64,000 nt of DNA. Source: Chiloscyllium plagiosum (Eukaryota). A program made the position numbers and the translations under genes. Positions 12,500 through 23,868 of this stretch are shown piece by piece; position 1 is the stretch's first letter, and every line of letters begins with the position of its first letter. The notes beneath the pieces are model-generated. The model was not told the origin of the DNA, did not search any database, and saw nothing but the letters and a program-made list of their open reading frames with translations. The DNA is taken from the NCBI RefSeq assembly GCF_004010195.1, contig NC_057718.1, forward strand, positions 61,968,981 to 62,032,980, in the 5' to 3' direction.

Positions 12500-13260
12500 A
12501 TTCAGAGGATTGTGTGTTAAATTTTAAGTGCATAATCTGGGCAAACATTTACATCCAGTACCGATGGAATGTTGCATTGTTAAAAGTACAACCCTTCAGA
12601 TGAACTGTTAAACTGAAGCCCCATTAGAATGTTTCAATGGTCCAAGTGGATATTAAAGATGGTGTCAAATTTTGTGATCGTTAGAGCTGCACTAATTCAA
12701 GCAAAGGGAAAGTATTCCATCCTCCCACTGTGCTTGTAGGTGGTGGACAAACTTTGGGGAATCAGGAGGGTTACAGCCACAGTATTTAATCAGCTCACTC
12801 AGTCAGATCTTTGTTCAAGGTTAAAGACTGGATCTAAGTGCCCCTGCTGGATCTGAGAATCAGAGATTAAGTAATAGTTGTGTAAGTGCCTCTTCATAGC
12901 ACTATCAATGATACATTCTATCACTTTGCTGATATGCAACAATAGTGACAATTGGCTGGATCTAATTTGTTTTGCTTTTAGCAAACATGAACAAAATGTT
13001 TCATATTGTCGGGTATATACCAGTGTTGTAGCCATACTAGAATAACTTGATTAAGGTCATAGCTAGATCTGGAGCACAAGTTTTCAGCACTTCTAACCAA
13101 CAGTTTTCTCTCAACCAACATCACCAAGAAGCAATTGATTTGCTGATTCATTATGATTGGTAGATATTTCTCCATGCAAAATGGTTGCTGTACTTGCCAA
13201 GTAACTATTGGCACTGCGCCTAGTGAAATTATTTGCCTCTTAAGCACTTTTCATTGCTGA
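12500..13260 (+). mobile_element. Deu-domain SINE relic (AmnSINE1/SacSINE1-like) split by a LINE fragment
   Basis: ccagtaccgatggaatgttgcattgtt...ttcagatgaactgttaaactgaagcccc (12550-12625) and ctcaaccaacatcaccaag...aaatggttgctg (13100-13200) resemble the Deu core. Confidence 0.55.
12680..13075 (-). mobile_element. LINE RT fragments (probably same family as 31560-32840)
   Basis: rc encodes QLSLLLHISKVIECIIDSAMKRHL...LISDSQ (RT 'PISLLSIISKVME' motif). Confidence 0.6.
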
Positions 13261-14074
13261 AATAAAAACAAATCAGTTTCTCTTTCCGCATTCGGAAGTT
13301 TCCTAACTTCTAGATCTGACCCAGCTCATGGCCAAAATACAGAAATACCAGCAGTACTATAATTTCTGGGGACAACTCTTCTTTGATGGGATTCAGGCTA
13401 GGAGAAGTTGATTCATGCTTTGGGTGTTAGCACCACTTCAGCAGCCAAGATAACCAATTCCATCCCTGTGCTGATATAGTTTGGCTAGATAATTATCTAT
13501 CTGGTTTCTCTTTTACCTTCCAGACTCAACACTTCAATTTCTTCTTCCTTTCTCACAAAGCCATCTGTTGCTGAATGACAGTGGGTCTCATGCCATGGAT
13601 CACCAACAGCTTTAACTAAAGCAATGGTGAACAGTCCTTTTAGCTCCAACTGGGGCCCAAAATTATCCTGTCATTGTGTGTTATGTTCAACAATTATTCA
13701 AAGTGTAGCCTTTGGCTAGAGATAGTCCTGAATTTTGATCATGTGACATTTGCACTACATAATGTCTGACCATGTAGTAGGTAATTATGTGGCATCTAAT
13801 CACTTCCACAAATCTTTTTGCATTTTATCTTAGTAAGGATGAGTCCCGTACAGTTCAATATTCGTCCTTGTAGTTTAGTGCCACAATTGTTGTGTAGCAG
13901 GCTCCATGAACCAGGGCCCACTCCTGAGCAGGCAAAGTCAAGAATGGAAAGCAAAGGGGGTAACGAGGGCAGGGAAAGCAGGGAAACAAAGCAAAGAAAG
14001 AAGGGAAACTGTCAGTGGGAAATGGAGAAACTGAGAATGCAGAAAAAGGGAATTAGATGCCAAAAGTAGAAGAG

Positions 14075-14672
14075 GTTAACATGCTGGTTCAGTAGGCAGT
14101 TAGGAAGGCAAATGCAAGGTTAGCATTCATTTCGAGAGAACTCGAATACAAGAGCTGGGATTACTGCTGAGGTTGTACAAGGCTATGGTCAGACAGCACT
14201 TGGGCCATTGTGAACAATTTTAGGCCTCATATCTAAGGAAAGATGACGAGCTGTCATATGAGGAACAGTTGAGGACTCTGAGTCTGAATTTGATGGAGTT
14301 TAGAAGGATGAGGTGGAGATCTGATTGAAATTTACACAATATTGAGATGCCTGGATAGAGTGGAAATGTAGAAGGTGTTTCCACTAGTAGAAGAGACCAA
14401 TACCCAAGGACACAGCCTTAGAGCAAAGGGACAACCCTTTAGAACTGGGATGAGGCAGAATTTCTTCAGCCAGAGGGTAATGAATTTGTTGAACTAATTG
14501 TCCAGAGGGCTGTAGAGGCCAACTTATTGAGTGTACTTATCACAAAGATAGGAAGGTTTTTGATTAAGAAGAGAATCAAAGCTTGTGAAAAAGGCAGATG
14601 AATGCATTTGAGAAACATATCAGCTGTGATTGAATGCCAGAGCAGGCTTGATAGACCAATTCCGATGTCTTA
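14075..14672 (+). mobile_element. CR1 LINE 3' fragment
   Basis: aggaaggcaaatgcaaggttagcattcatt...gaggcagaatttcttcagccagagggt; homologous to 42630-43300. Confidence 0.85.
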
Positions 14673-14729
14673 TTGTCTAAACTGATTTGCGGAGGAGGTG
14701 GCACCAAAGCAGGGGGATTGGTGAAACTC

Positions 14730-15135
14730 AGTGTACACAAGAGAGGGAACCGAGAGTATGGAATAAGGAAACAGAGGAAGAGGAGATTCAGATGCTGGGT
14801 AGAGGAGGAACCAAAAGAAGAGGGTAAATAGAGGAGGGGTAAGAGAGGAGAATGAGGCTAGGTAAGGGGAATCAGGGTGAGAAGAGAGGAAACTAGGCAT
14901 AAGGAAGAGCGACAAGACAATGGGCAAAGAGGAAATAAAATGTGGAAAAAGAAGAAGTCACAGGTGGTGAACTGGGGAAACCAAAGATGAGGAAAAGGGG
15001 AGGGAGGAGGATAAATGCAAGAGGAGAAACTGAGGATAAGGAAGCGAGGAAACAGAGGATAGAGATCAAGGGAACTGGGTGTGCAGATGAACAGAAAATA
15101 AAGTTGAGATAGAGATAGATGCTAGGGGTAAAGAA
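14730..15135 (+). repeat. Purine-rich (GA) low-complexity tract
   Basis: Strong G/A bias with recurring gaggaa/gggaa units. Confidence 0.6.
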
Positions 15136-15987
15136 AATGTAATTCCACCAGTAACTAATGGCAATTCACTGAAATTTCATTGATAGGTAACAGCAGTAAC
15201 ATAACAGAATACTTTCACAACCATGTTACAGGATCACTGTTACAAACAGGTGAGATTTCGGGCAATTACAACTATTGCTATTGATTCCACATAGACTGTT
15301 CATGAGTTAGTCTATGTAGAATTTGAGGTAATAGATGTATTTCCCCAATATCCTATCTGTTACAAATAGTAATCCTATGACCATTAATGTTTACCCTGAA
15401 TTGATTGCCTCTGCGCTCCACAAGATGCAGACAGGCTCCACAACTGATGGGATTTTCAGAAGGCATAATCTCTATTACTATCACCTTGGATTCTGCAGTG
15501 GAATCCAGTTCATCTGAACATGACAATTTTGCACCAGTTATGTCAGTCAGAGCTGATCTCTCCCTTTGCTAGTAGCTAGACTTCACATCTGAAGACCAAG
15601 AGACACTAGGTGATGATGTGAACCAAATCAAGTGTGTGCACAAAGGACAGTAGTGAAAATGTTGGGCGATTCTCAGAGGGCAGATCATTCTGAATTAAGT
15701 TTCGAAACACATCCCTTAGGTTAGACTCAATTAATGAGGGCCTTCATTGAATTATAGAAATTTCAGGATAGGAGAAGGCCATTAACCCTGACACTGCCTC
15801 ACACATTATAAACTCATCCACTCACGCATCCTCCTTCAGGGAAATTTATCCATTCCCTTTTAAATTACCTCTAGTCTCAATCTCATTACCCACGAGGTGA
15901 AGAGTCCCATGAAAAAAATAATCTTCAGGTCACAAACCTTCCTTTGCCCTTTCTCCAATGAGAATGTTTGGTTTCCATTCCCTAGTT

Positions 15988-18947
15988 GGAGAACGTGAGG
16001 ACTGCAGATGCTGGAGATCAGACTCCAAAAGTGTGGTGCTGGAAAAGCACAGCAGGTCAGGCAGCATCCGAGGAGCAGCAGAGTCAATGTATTGAGCATA
16101 AGCTCTTCATCAGGAATGGGGGTGTCCAAGAGGGCTGAGAGATAATGGGAGGGTGGCGGGGCTGGGGGCAAGGTAGCTGGGAATGCGATAGGTAGATGAA
16201 GGTGGAGGGGTGCTGGTGATAGTTTGGAGAGGAGGGTGGAGCAGATAGGTGGGAAGGGTGATGGACAGGTAGGACAGTTCAAGAGAGTGGGGCCAGGTTA
16301 GAGTATTGGATCTGGGATAAAGTGGAGGCAGGGTAAATAAGGAAACTGGTAAAATCAACATTGATCCCGTGTGGTTGTAGGGTCTCAAGGCAGAAGATGA
16401 GATGCTCTTCCTCCAGGCGTCGGGTGGCTAGAGGTTGGAGGTGGAGGAGGCCAAGGAGTTGCATGTCCTTGGCGGAGTGGAACAGGGAGTTGAAATGTTC
16501 AGCCAAAGGGTGGTGGGGTTGTTTAGTGATTGTGTCCCAGAGATGTTCTCTGAAATGTCCTGCAAGTTGGTGTCCCATCTCCCCAATGTAGAGGAGACCA
16601 CATCAAGAGCAAAGGACACAATAAATAACATGGAAATACAGGTACATCTCTGATGGATGTGGAAGGATCTTTTGGGGCTTTGGATGGAGGTGGGAGGGGG
16701 AAGTGTGGACACAGGTTTTGCAATTTTTGTGACTGCAAGGGTTGGTGCCGGGAGTGGAGGGTGGGTTGGTGAGGGGTGTGGACCTAATAAGGGAGTCGCA
16801 GAGAGAATGGGGAGGGAAATATATCACTGGTGGTGGGGTCTGTTTGTAGATGGCAGAAATGGTGGAGGATATTGTATCCGGAGATTGGTGGGGTGGAAGG
16901 TGAGGACTGATGGGGTTCGGTCCTTGTTGCGATTGAAAGGGTGGGATTCAAGGGCGGAGGTGCGGAAAGTGGAGGAGATGTCCTGGAGGGCATCGTTGAT
17001 CACATGGGAGGGGAAGAAGGAGGCGATCTGGGATGTTCCATGGTGGAATTGGACCTCCTGGGAATAGATGCAGTGAAGGCGGAGGAATGGGGAGTAAGGG
17101 ATAACAATTTTGTAGGTGGCAGAGTGGGAGGAGGTGTAGTTCAGGTAGCTGTGGGAGTTGGAGATGGAGAGGTCCAGGAAGGGGATGGAGGTGTCCAAGA
17201 TGGTCCAGGTGAACTTGAGGTCAGGGTGGAAGGTGTTTGTGAAGTTGATTAACTGTTCAACCTCCTCATGGGAGCATGAGGTGGCACTGATACAGTCATT
17301 GATGTAGCAGTGGAAAAGTTGGGGAATGGTGCCGGTGTAACTGTGGATGATGGACTGCTCCACGTACCTGACAAACAGGCAGGCATAGCTGGGCCCATGA
17401 GGGTGCCCATGCAAGTGGGAGTATTCGAAGGAGAAATTGTTGAGGGTGAGGACCGGTTCAGCCAATCGAATGAGTGTGTCAGTGGAAGGGTATTGGTTAG
17501 GTCAGTGGGACAGGCAGAAACGGAGGGCTTAATCATGGCGGATGGATCTGTACAGGGACTGGATGTCCATGTTGAAGATGAAGCATTGCGAGCCGGAAAA
17601 ACGAAAGGCACGGAGGAGGTGGGGTGTGGTTATGGGATTGTGGGTAACATCACCAACAAAAGTGAAGCTCACCATGGGTGTCGGGGGGGGTGGAAGCAGT
17701 GCCTTCAGTGACATCTGTAGGGGCGGAGGTGACATAGCAGGTGATGCCATTGGCTATGTTCTGGTGAGTGATGTTGGTGGGGGTGGAAGTGGTTGAGGCA
17801 GCGGCAACTACCCGGGTGTAAGTGATGTACTAGTTAATCTTCGCGGTAGTTTCGGTGGCAGCAGATCTTGCAGCGGTCACAGAGGCGGTTGTCTTGGTGG
17901 TGATCATGGAGGTGATATAATCGGCAGTGGCTGCGGTCTGTGGGAGGTGTGCGGGAGCGTGATTGACATCATCATTTGCCGCAGTGATGGTGGCTGGAGC
18001 GGTGGCATGACTAATGGTGACTGCAAGATCCAACGCTGCCTCAATGCCAAGACAACAGACTCCGCAATCACCACCAAGTCACCCGCCTCCACGACCTCTG
18101 CAAGATCCACCGCTGCCCTCAACAATTTCTCCTTCAAATCTTCCCACTTCCTCCAGACCAAAGGGGTAGCCATGGGCACCTACATGGGCCCCAGCTATGC
18201 CTGCCTCTTCGTCAGGTACGTGGCACAGTCCATCTTCCGCAGCTACAGGCAGCACTACTCCCCAACTTTTCCTCTGCTACATCGATGACTGTATCGGCGC
18301 CACCTTGTGCTCCCACGAGGAGGTTGAACAGTTAATCAACTTCATGAACACCTTTCACCTAGCCTCAAGTTCACCTGGATCATCTCGGACACCTCCCTCT
18401 CCTTCCTAGACCTCTCCATCACCGTTTCCATTTCCGGCGACTGATTCAACACGGACATATACTTCATACCCACCAACCCCCACAGCTACCTGGACTACAC
18501 CTCTTCCCACCCTGCATCCTGCAAAAATGCTATCCCTTACTCACAATTCCTCCACCTCCACTGCATCTGCTCCCAAGAGGACAAGTTACACCATAGAACA
18601 TTCCAGGTGGCCTCCTTCTTCAGGGGCCTCAATTTTCCCTCCCACATGGTGAACGATGACTTCCAGTGCATCTCTTCCACTTCCCACACCTCCGCCTTGA
18701 ACCCCACCCCCAATCACAAGGATAGAGCCAACCCCCCACCCCCTGGTCCTCACATTCCACTCTACTAATCTCCAGATACAACGCATCATCCTCTGCCATT
18801 TCCATCACTTACAAACAGACCCCACTCTTCATCAGGAATGGCTGGTGAAGATGAAGAGTTCATGCTCAAAACATCAACTCTCCTGGTCTTGCTTCTCAGA
18901 TGCTGCATGACCGGCGGTGCTTTTCCAGCACCACGCTTTTCGATTCT
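15988..18947 (-). mobile_element. Penelope-like retroelement with RT + GIY-YIG (minus) and inverted partial RT copy (plus)
   Basis: 11-bp TSD attccctagtt at 15977-15987 and 18948-18958. Minus strand: LNNFSF..GPSYACLF..YIND and ...HFREHL..PLAEHFNS..RRLEEEHLIF. Plus strand 18110-18825: FLQTKGVAMGTYMGPSYACLF and YIDD. Inserted into an old CR1 3' end. Confidence 0.92.
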
Positions 18948-19261
18948 ATTCCCTAGTTCCCCATTTACCCACCAGTGGAAAGAATCTTGCCCACTGTAAA
19001 GTCCCTCGGCTTCATTCACCCCCTTTCTTACCCATTCTCCTGGAACCTCCATTCCACGCGGTCATAGCTCTGGTCAAGTAACAGATCAAATTGGAGTTGG
19101 GGGATACTGCAGAGGAACATTTAAATTGCTGATCACTGAGCTACAGTACTTAGAGAAGAAATTCCTGATGCTGTGAAACCTGCAGTCATTCCATGAAGGT
19201 TCGGAACATACTGGGTTAGTTTGCTCCAATTCTACTCCTGTTTTAATTGTGCTAAGTGGTG

Positions 19262-20080
19262 TGTGATTTATCTTATATAATTATATGTATCTATGTATAA
19301 ATATCATTCTTAGAGTTTTAATTCAAGTTTTGGTTACTTGTGTGAGGAGTTTAAAAAATAGGTCAGAGAACAGATGACTGCAAATTCTGGATGTTCATGG
19401 AAGATTGTTTATACTGTGGGTTTATGAAAAGAAGTGTAAACATCAACAACATTAGCTTACTTCTGATTTAGAATAATCAAGGGTTGACTTTAGCTTAGAA
19501 AACCCAGAGATTCAAAGTTTTAAGACAGTTTTGGAGGAGACCCGACTGGAGTCAAAAGCAAAGGTAATTTCTTTCCTGGAAAGGAATATGGGACAGTTCA
19601 GGGAAAGAACTTTTCTGTAAACATTTAGCTTGTGAAAACTTTCAGATCAGAAGTGTTTGGTTAGAAGATTGTTAAAAGACTGAGAAAGTATAAACTTTCA
19701 GTTTCATGAGCACTCAGGTCTGAAGACTTCAGAGTTCACAGAGCTAAGCTGAGGTGAAACAGATAAGTCAAACCTAAAGATTTGATAAAGAAGATTTTGA
19801 TCCCTGTAAAGTGATGAAATTGAGGAATAGATGAGACTTTGTTTTGCTGTGCATTTTAAGATCTGTAAAATTGTGTTCTATATTTAGAAAATTTGGTTTG
19901 CTTAATTTTATTTGTGTAATAAACATTTGTTTCTCAATTAAAGAAGAATTTCAGTCTTGCGTGCCTATGTTTCAGGGAATGCCCTTCATGTTAAAATAAA
20001 AAAATATATGTGCTCTATCAAGTCAGATTTCATTGTGGGAATGGGCACATCTAGTAATAACATCAGTCTGGATCATGACA
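19262..20080 (+). mobile_element. Probable solo LTR (left boundary uncertain)
   Basis: aataaa at ~19918, 3' end ...ggatcatgaca similar to the tcataaca ends of the other LTRs; no TSD found. Confidence 0.4.
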
Positions 20081-20299
20081 ATATATTAAAGATGCTGGAC
20101 AGAGATCTAACCAAAAATTAACCATGACTGCTATACTGTATATGGCATTTAAAGGCATTATAGGCATTACAGAAAAATAATACCTTGACTGGCACCCCAT
20201 CAACAAGGAAGGCTACATTGGTGGCATATCAGTAGTTGTCTTTAGAACAAGATCTGAACAGACTATGACAACAGAGAGCAAGCCATTCATTGGACTTGA

Positions 20300-21135
20300 A
20301 AAGAGAGATCTTGATCAGATGTGCCAATGAGCAGATGGAGTTTATTCAGATAAATGAGAGGGGCTGCATTTTGGGAAAGCAAATCAGGGCAGGACTTATA
20401 CATTTAATGGTAAGGTCCTAGGGAGTGTTGCTTAACAAAGAGACCTTGGAGTGCAAGCTCATAGCTCCCTGAAAGTAGAGTCACGGGTAGATAGGATAGT
20501 GAAGAAGGCATTTGGTATGCTTTCTTTTATTGGTCAGAGTACTGAGTACAGGAGTTGGGAGGGCATGTTGTAGCTGTACAGGACATTGGTTAGGCCACTT
20601 TTGGAATATTGTGTGCAATTCTGGTCTCCTTCCTATCGGAAAGATGTTTTGAAACTTGAAAGGGTTCAGAAAAGATTTACCAGGAAATTGCTGGGTTGGA
20701 GGATTTGAGTTATAGGAAGAGGTTGAACAGGCTGGGCCTGTTTTCCCTGGAGCTCCAAAGCTGAGGGGTGACCATCATGAGGTTTATAAAATCATGAGGA
20801 GCGTGGATAGGATAAATAGACAAAATCGCTTCCTTGGAGTGGGGAGTCCAGAACTAGAGGGCATAGGTTTAGGGTGAGTGGGGAAAGATATAAAAAAAAC
20901 CTAAGGGCCAACTTTTTCACGCAGAGGCTGGTACCTATATGGAATGAGCTGCCAGAAGAAATGGTGGAGGCTAGTACAATTGCAACATTTAAAAGGCATC
21001 TGGGTGGGTATATGAATAGGAAGGGTTTGGAGGGATTTGGGCCACGTGGTGGCAAATGAGACTAAATTGGGTTGGGATATCTGATCAGCATGGAAGGGTT
21101 AAACCGAAGGGTCTGTTTTCTGTGCTGTACATCAT
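20300..21135 (+). mobile_element. CR1 LINE 3' portion
   Basis: LVRPLLEYCVQFWSP (ttggttaggccacttttggaatattgtgtgcaattctggtctcc), NFFTQRLV..WNELPEE; typical CR1 3' end. Confidence 0.9.
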
Positions 21136-21505
21136 AGAATCCTGACAGTGTGGAAGTAGACCACTTGGCCCATCGCATCCACATCGATCCTCCGACAGGC
21201 ATCCCACCCATAACCAGTATGCCCCCACCCCACCACCACTCCCACCCCCGCACCCTATCCCCATAACCCTACATTTCCCATGGCTAATCCCACCTAACCT
21301 ACACATTCCTGGAGATTCTGACAATTTAGCTTGGGCTAACCTGTACATCTTTGAACTGTGGGAGGAAACATGAGTACCTGAGAAAACTCACACAGACACA
21401 GAGCGAACGTGCAAACTCTCCGCAGACAATACCTAAGGCTGGAATCGGACCCAGGTCCCTGGCTCTGTGGGGTAACAGTGCTAACCACTGAGTCACCATG
21501 CTACA
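21135..21505 (-). mobile_element. HE1-like SINE
   Basis: catagaatcctgacagtgtggaag...aacagtgctaaccactgagtcaccatgc. Confidence 0.85.
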
Positions 21506-22554
21506 CATGGTGATGAATAGTTTTGGCAGTTTTGAAAAAATTGTCACCATATCCAATGAGCAGATGCACAGAAAAATACAACAACATTAAGAGGAGTTCC
21601 TTCACCAAGTGGAAAAGAGGAGAAGGGGCAGTTTCTACACAGGGCTCAGGGATTCATGCAGTACACACCCTGCAGTACATGAATGTAAATTCAAATCTTT
21701 GAAGAAATAGATATTTCTAAAAATTATTATTTACAAGAAATCACTATAATAATTAATCCTGATTATTAGTCAATTGTGAAAAAGAAGCAACAATTATGTT
21801 CAATCTGAATGTAGTCAAATGGATTGAAAAATTCATTAATATTAAGCAATTGAAATAAAACTGATAACTTCAAATCAACTACTGGTTATTAGAGAGAGTA
21901 CCAAAATGAATCGGAAAGGTGACTTGGGATTTGAACTGCCTGTAGAGATGGCAGGCAATTGTGCTCCAGTATTTTCTTAAATACATACTGCTTATATGCT
22001 CTTCATTTTATAGATTTTTAATTATCTTATAATATTATTTCAAATTATTATATCACAACAATCAGAAGTACTGAGATCATAAATTAATTTCTGAAATTTT
22101 CAACTGATTTATTTATCTGTGCGTCTGTAGTACCTGAGGGGAATACATTTTCATTTACAATTCATAATTAAGTTAAAATATAAACACTCCTTCTGAGCCA
22201 CATGCATTCCACAGCATGAGGAGAACACAATTTATTCCATTTCTTTCACTCTTCAAAATCACCACAGGATTCCACTGGTAACTTAAAATCATGACTGTGA
22301 ATTTTTGACATTGCATTTATGATGTATTTCACTCAGAAATTATTGTTGCTTTTATGAACTGTTTTGATTTAAAATTATTAATACAACACAATTCATAACT
22401 TCAAAACAAGTATTTTATGTAAATTAATTTTCTTGACTTTTTTCTCTTCATTGTTCATTTTTGTTTTGTAACCTCTTTTCCTGGCCATGATAGTTTTCCA
22501 ATCACAGTTCCAACTTGGCAAGGTAAGCTGAGTTCTGTTTTTACACTTTTTTGA

Positions 22555-22850
22555 CATTTTGAAATTCAAATCCTTGTTTATAATCCCTCCATGGCCTTGC
22601 TCTTCTTTATTTGTGTAATCTTCTCTAGCCTCATAGCACCAAAAGTATCTGTACTCTTATTGAAAACTGGCACCTTGAGCATTCCCAGTTTTAATCACTT
22701 TAACACTGACTTTGGCTGTGAAGGCTCAAAGTTCTGAAATTTCCTCCCTAAATCTCTCCAGCTCTCAATCTTTCCTTTCTCCTTTAAGACGCTCCTTGAA
22801 ATGCTCCCCTTCCATCACGCATATGGCCACCCAATCTAATATCACTTTTG
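22555..22850 (+). mobile_element. L2 LINE 3' relic (tail probably at ~24250-24322)
   Basis: aatccctccatggccttgctc...ctcctttaagacgctccttgaaa; tail gttaaaagcgctatataaatgcaagttgttattg at ~24287-24320. Confidence 0.6.
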
Positions 22851-22952
22851 GCTGTGATTTATGGCCCCTGATGGCATAATTGAGGGCAGAGGTTGTTCAC
22901 AAAATAAACTGGGTGGTCTTTCCAATGTCTTCTTACACACTCCTGACCTGTC

Positions 22953-23868
22953 CTGAAAAATGTGTTGCTGGAAAAGCGCAGCAGGTCAGGCAGCATCCAA
23001 GAGCAGGAGAATTGATATTTCGGGCGTAAGCCCTTCTTCAGGAAAGAGGAGGGTGTGCCAAGCAGGCTAGGATAAAAGGTAGGGAGGAGGGACTTGGGGG
23101 AGGGGCGTTGGGAATGTGATAGGTGGAAGCAGGTTAAGGTGAGGGTGATAGGGCGGAGAGAGGGTGGGGGCGGAGAGGTCGGGATGAAGATTGCAGGTCA
23201 AGAAGGCGGTGCTGAGTCTGAGGGTTGGGACTGAGNNNNNNNNNNNNNNNNNNNNNNNNNNNNNNNNNNNNNNNNNNNNNNNNNNNNNNNNNNNNNNNNN
23301 NNNNNNNNNNNNNNNNNNNNNNNNNNNNNNNNNNNNNNNNNNNNNNNNNNNNNNNNNNNNNNNNNNNNNNNNNNNNNNNNNNNNNNNNNNNNNNNNNNNN
23401 NNNNNNNNNNNNNNNNNNNNNNNNNNNNNNNNNNNNNNNNNNNNNNNNNNNNNNNNNNNNNNNNNNNNNNNNNNNNNNNNNNNNNNNNNNNNNNNNNNNN
23501 NNNNNNNNNNNNNNNNNNNNNNNNNNNNNNNNNNNNNNNNNNNNNNNNNNNNNNNNNNNNNNNNNNNNNNNNNNNNNNNNNNNNNNNNNNNNNNNNNNNN
23601 NNNNNNNNNNNNNNNNNNNNNNNNNNNNNNNNNNNNNNNNNNNNNNNNNNNNNNNNNNNNNNNNNNNNNNNNNNNNNNNNNNNNNNNNNNNNNNNNNNNN
23701 NNNNNNNNNNTTTTATCTTAGCCTGCTTGGCACACCTTCCTCATTCCTGAAGAAGGGCTTACGCCCGAAACGTTGATTCTCCTGCTCCTTGGATGCTGCC
23801 TGACCTGCTGCGCTTTTCCAGCAACACATTTTTCAGCTCTGATCTCTAGCATCTGCAGTCCTCACTTC
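22953..23868. mobile_element. Fold-back Penelope-derived insertion spanning the assembly gap
   Basis: 13-bp TSD ctcctgacctgtc at 22940-22952 and 23869-23881; the two flanks of the N gap are reverse complements of each other. Confidence 0.85.
23236..23710. other. Assembly gap (475 N)
   Basis: Run of n. Confidence 1.

Noticed and set aside
16824..17465. 213-aa ORF as an intact reverse transcriptase
   Set aside because: Deleted and frameshifted PLE RT with YIND in place of catalytic YIDD
23191..23776. ORFs of 176 and 183 aa
   Set aside because: Artefacts of translating the N gap
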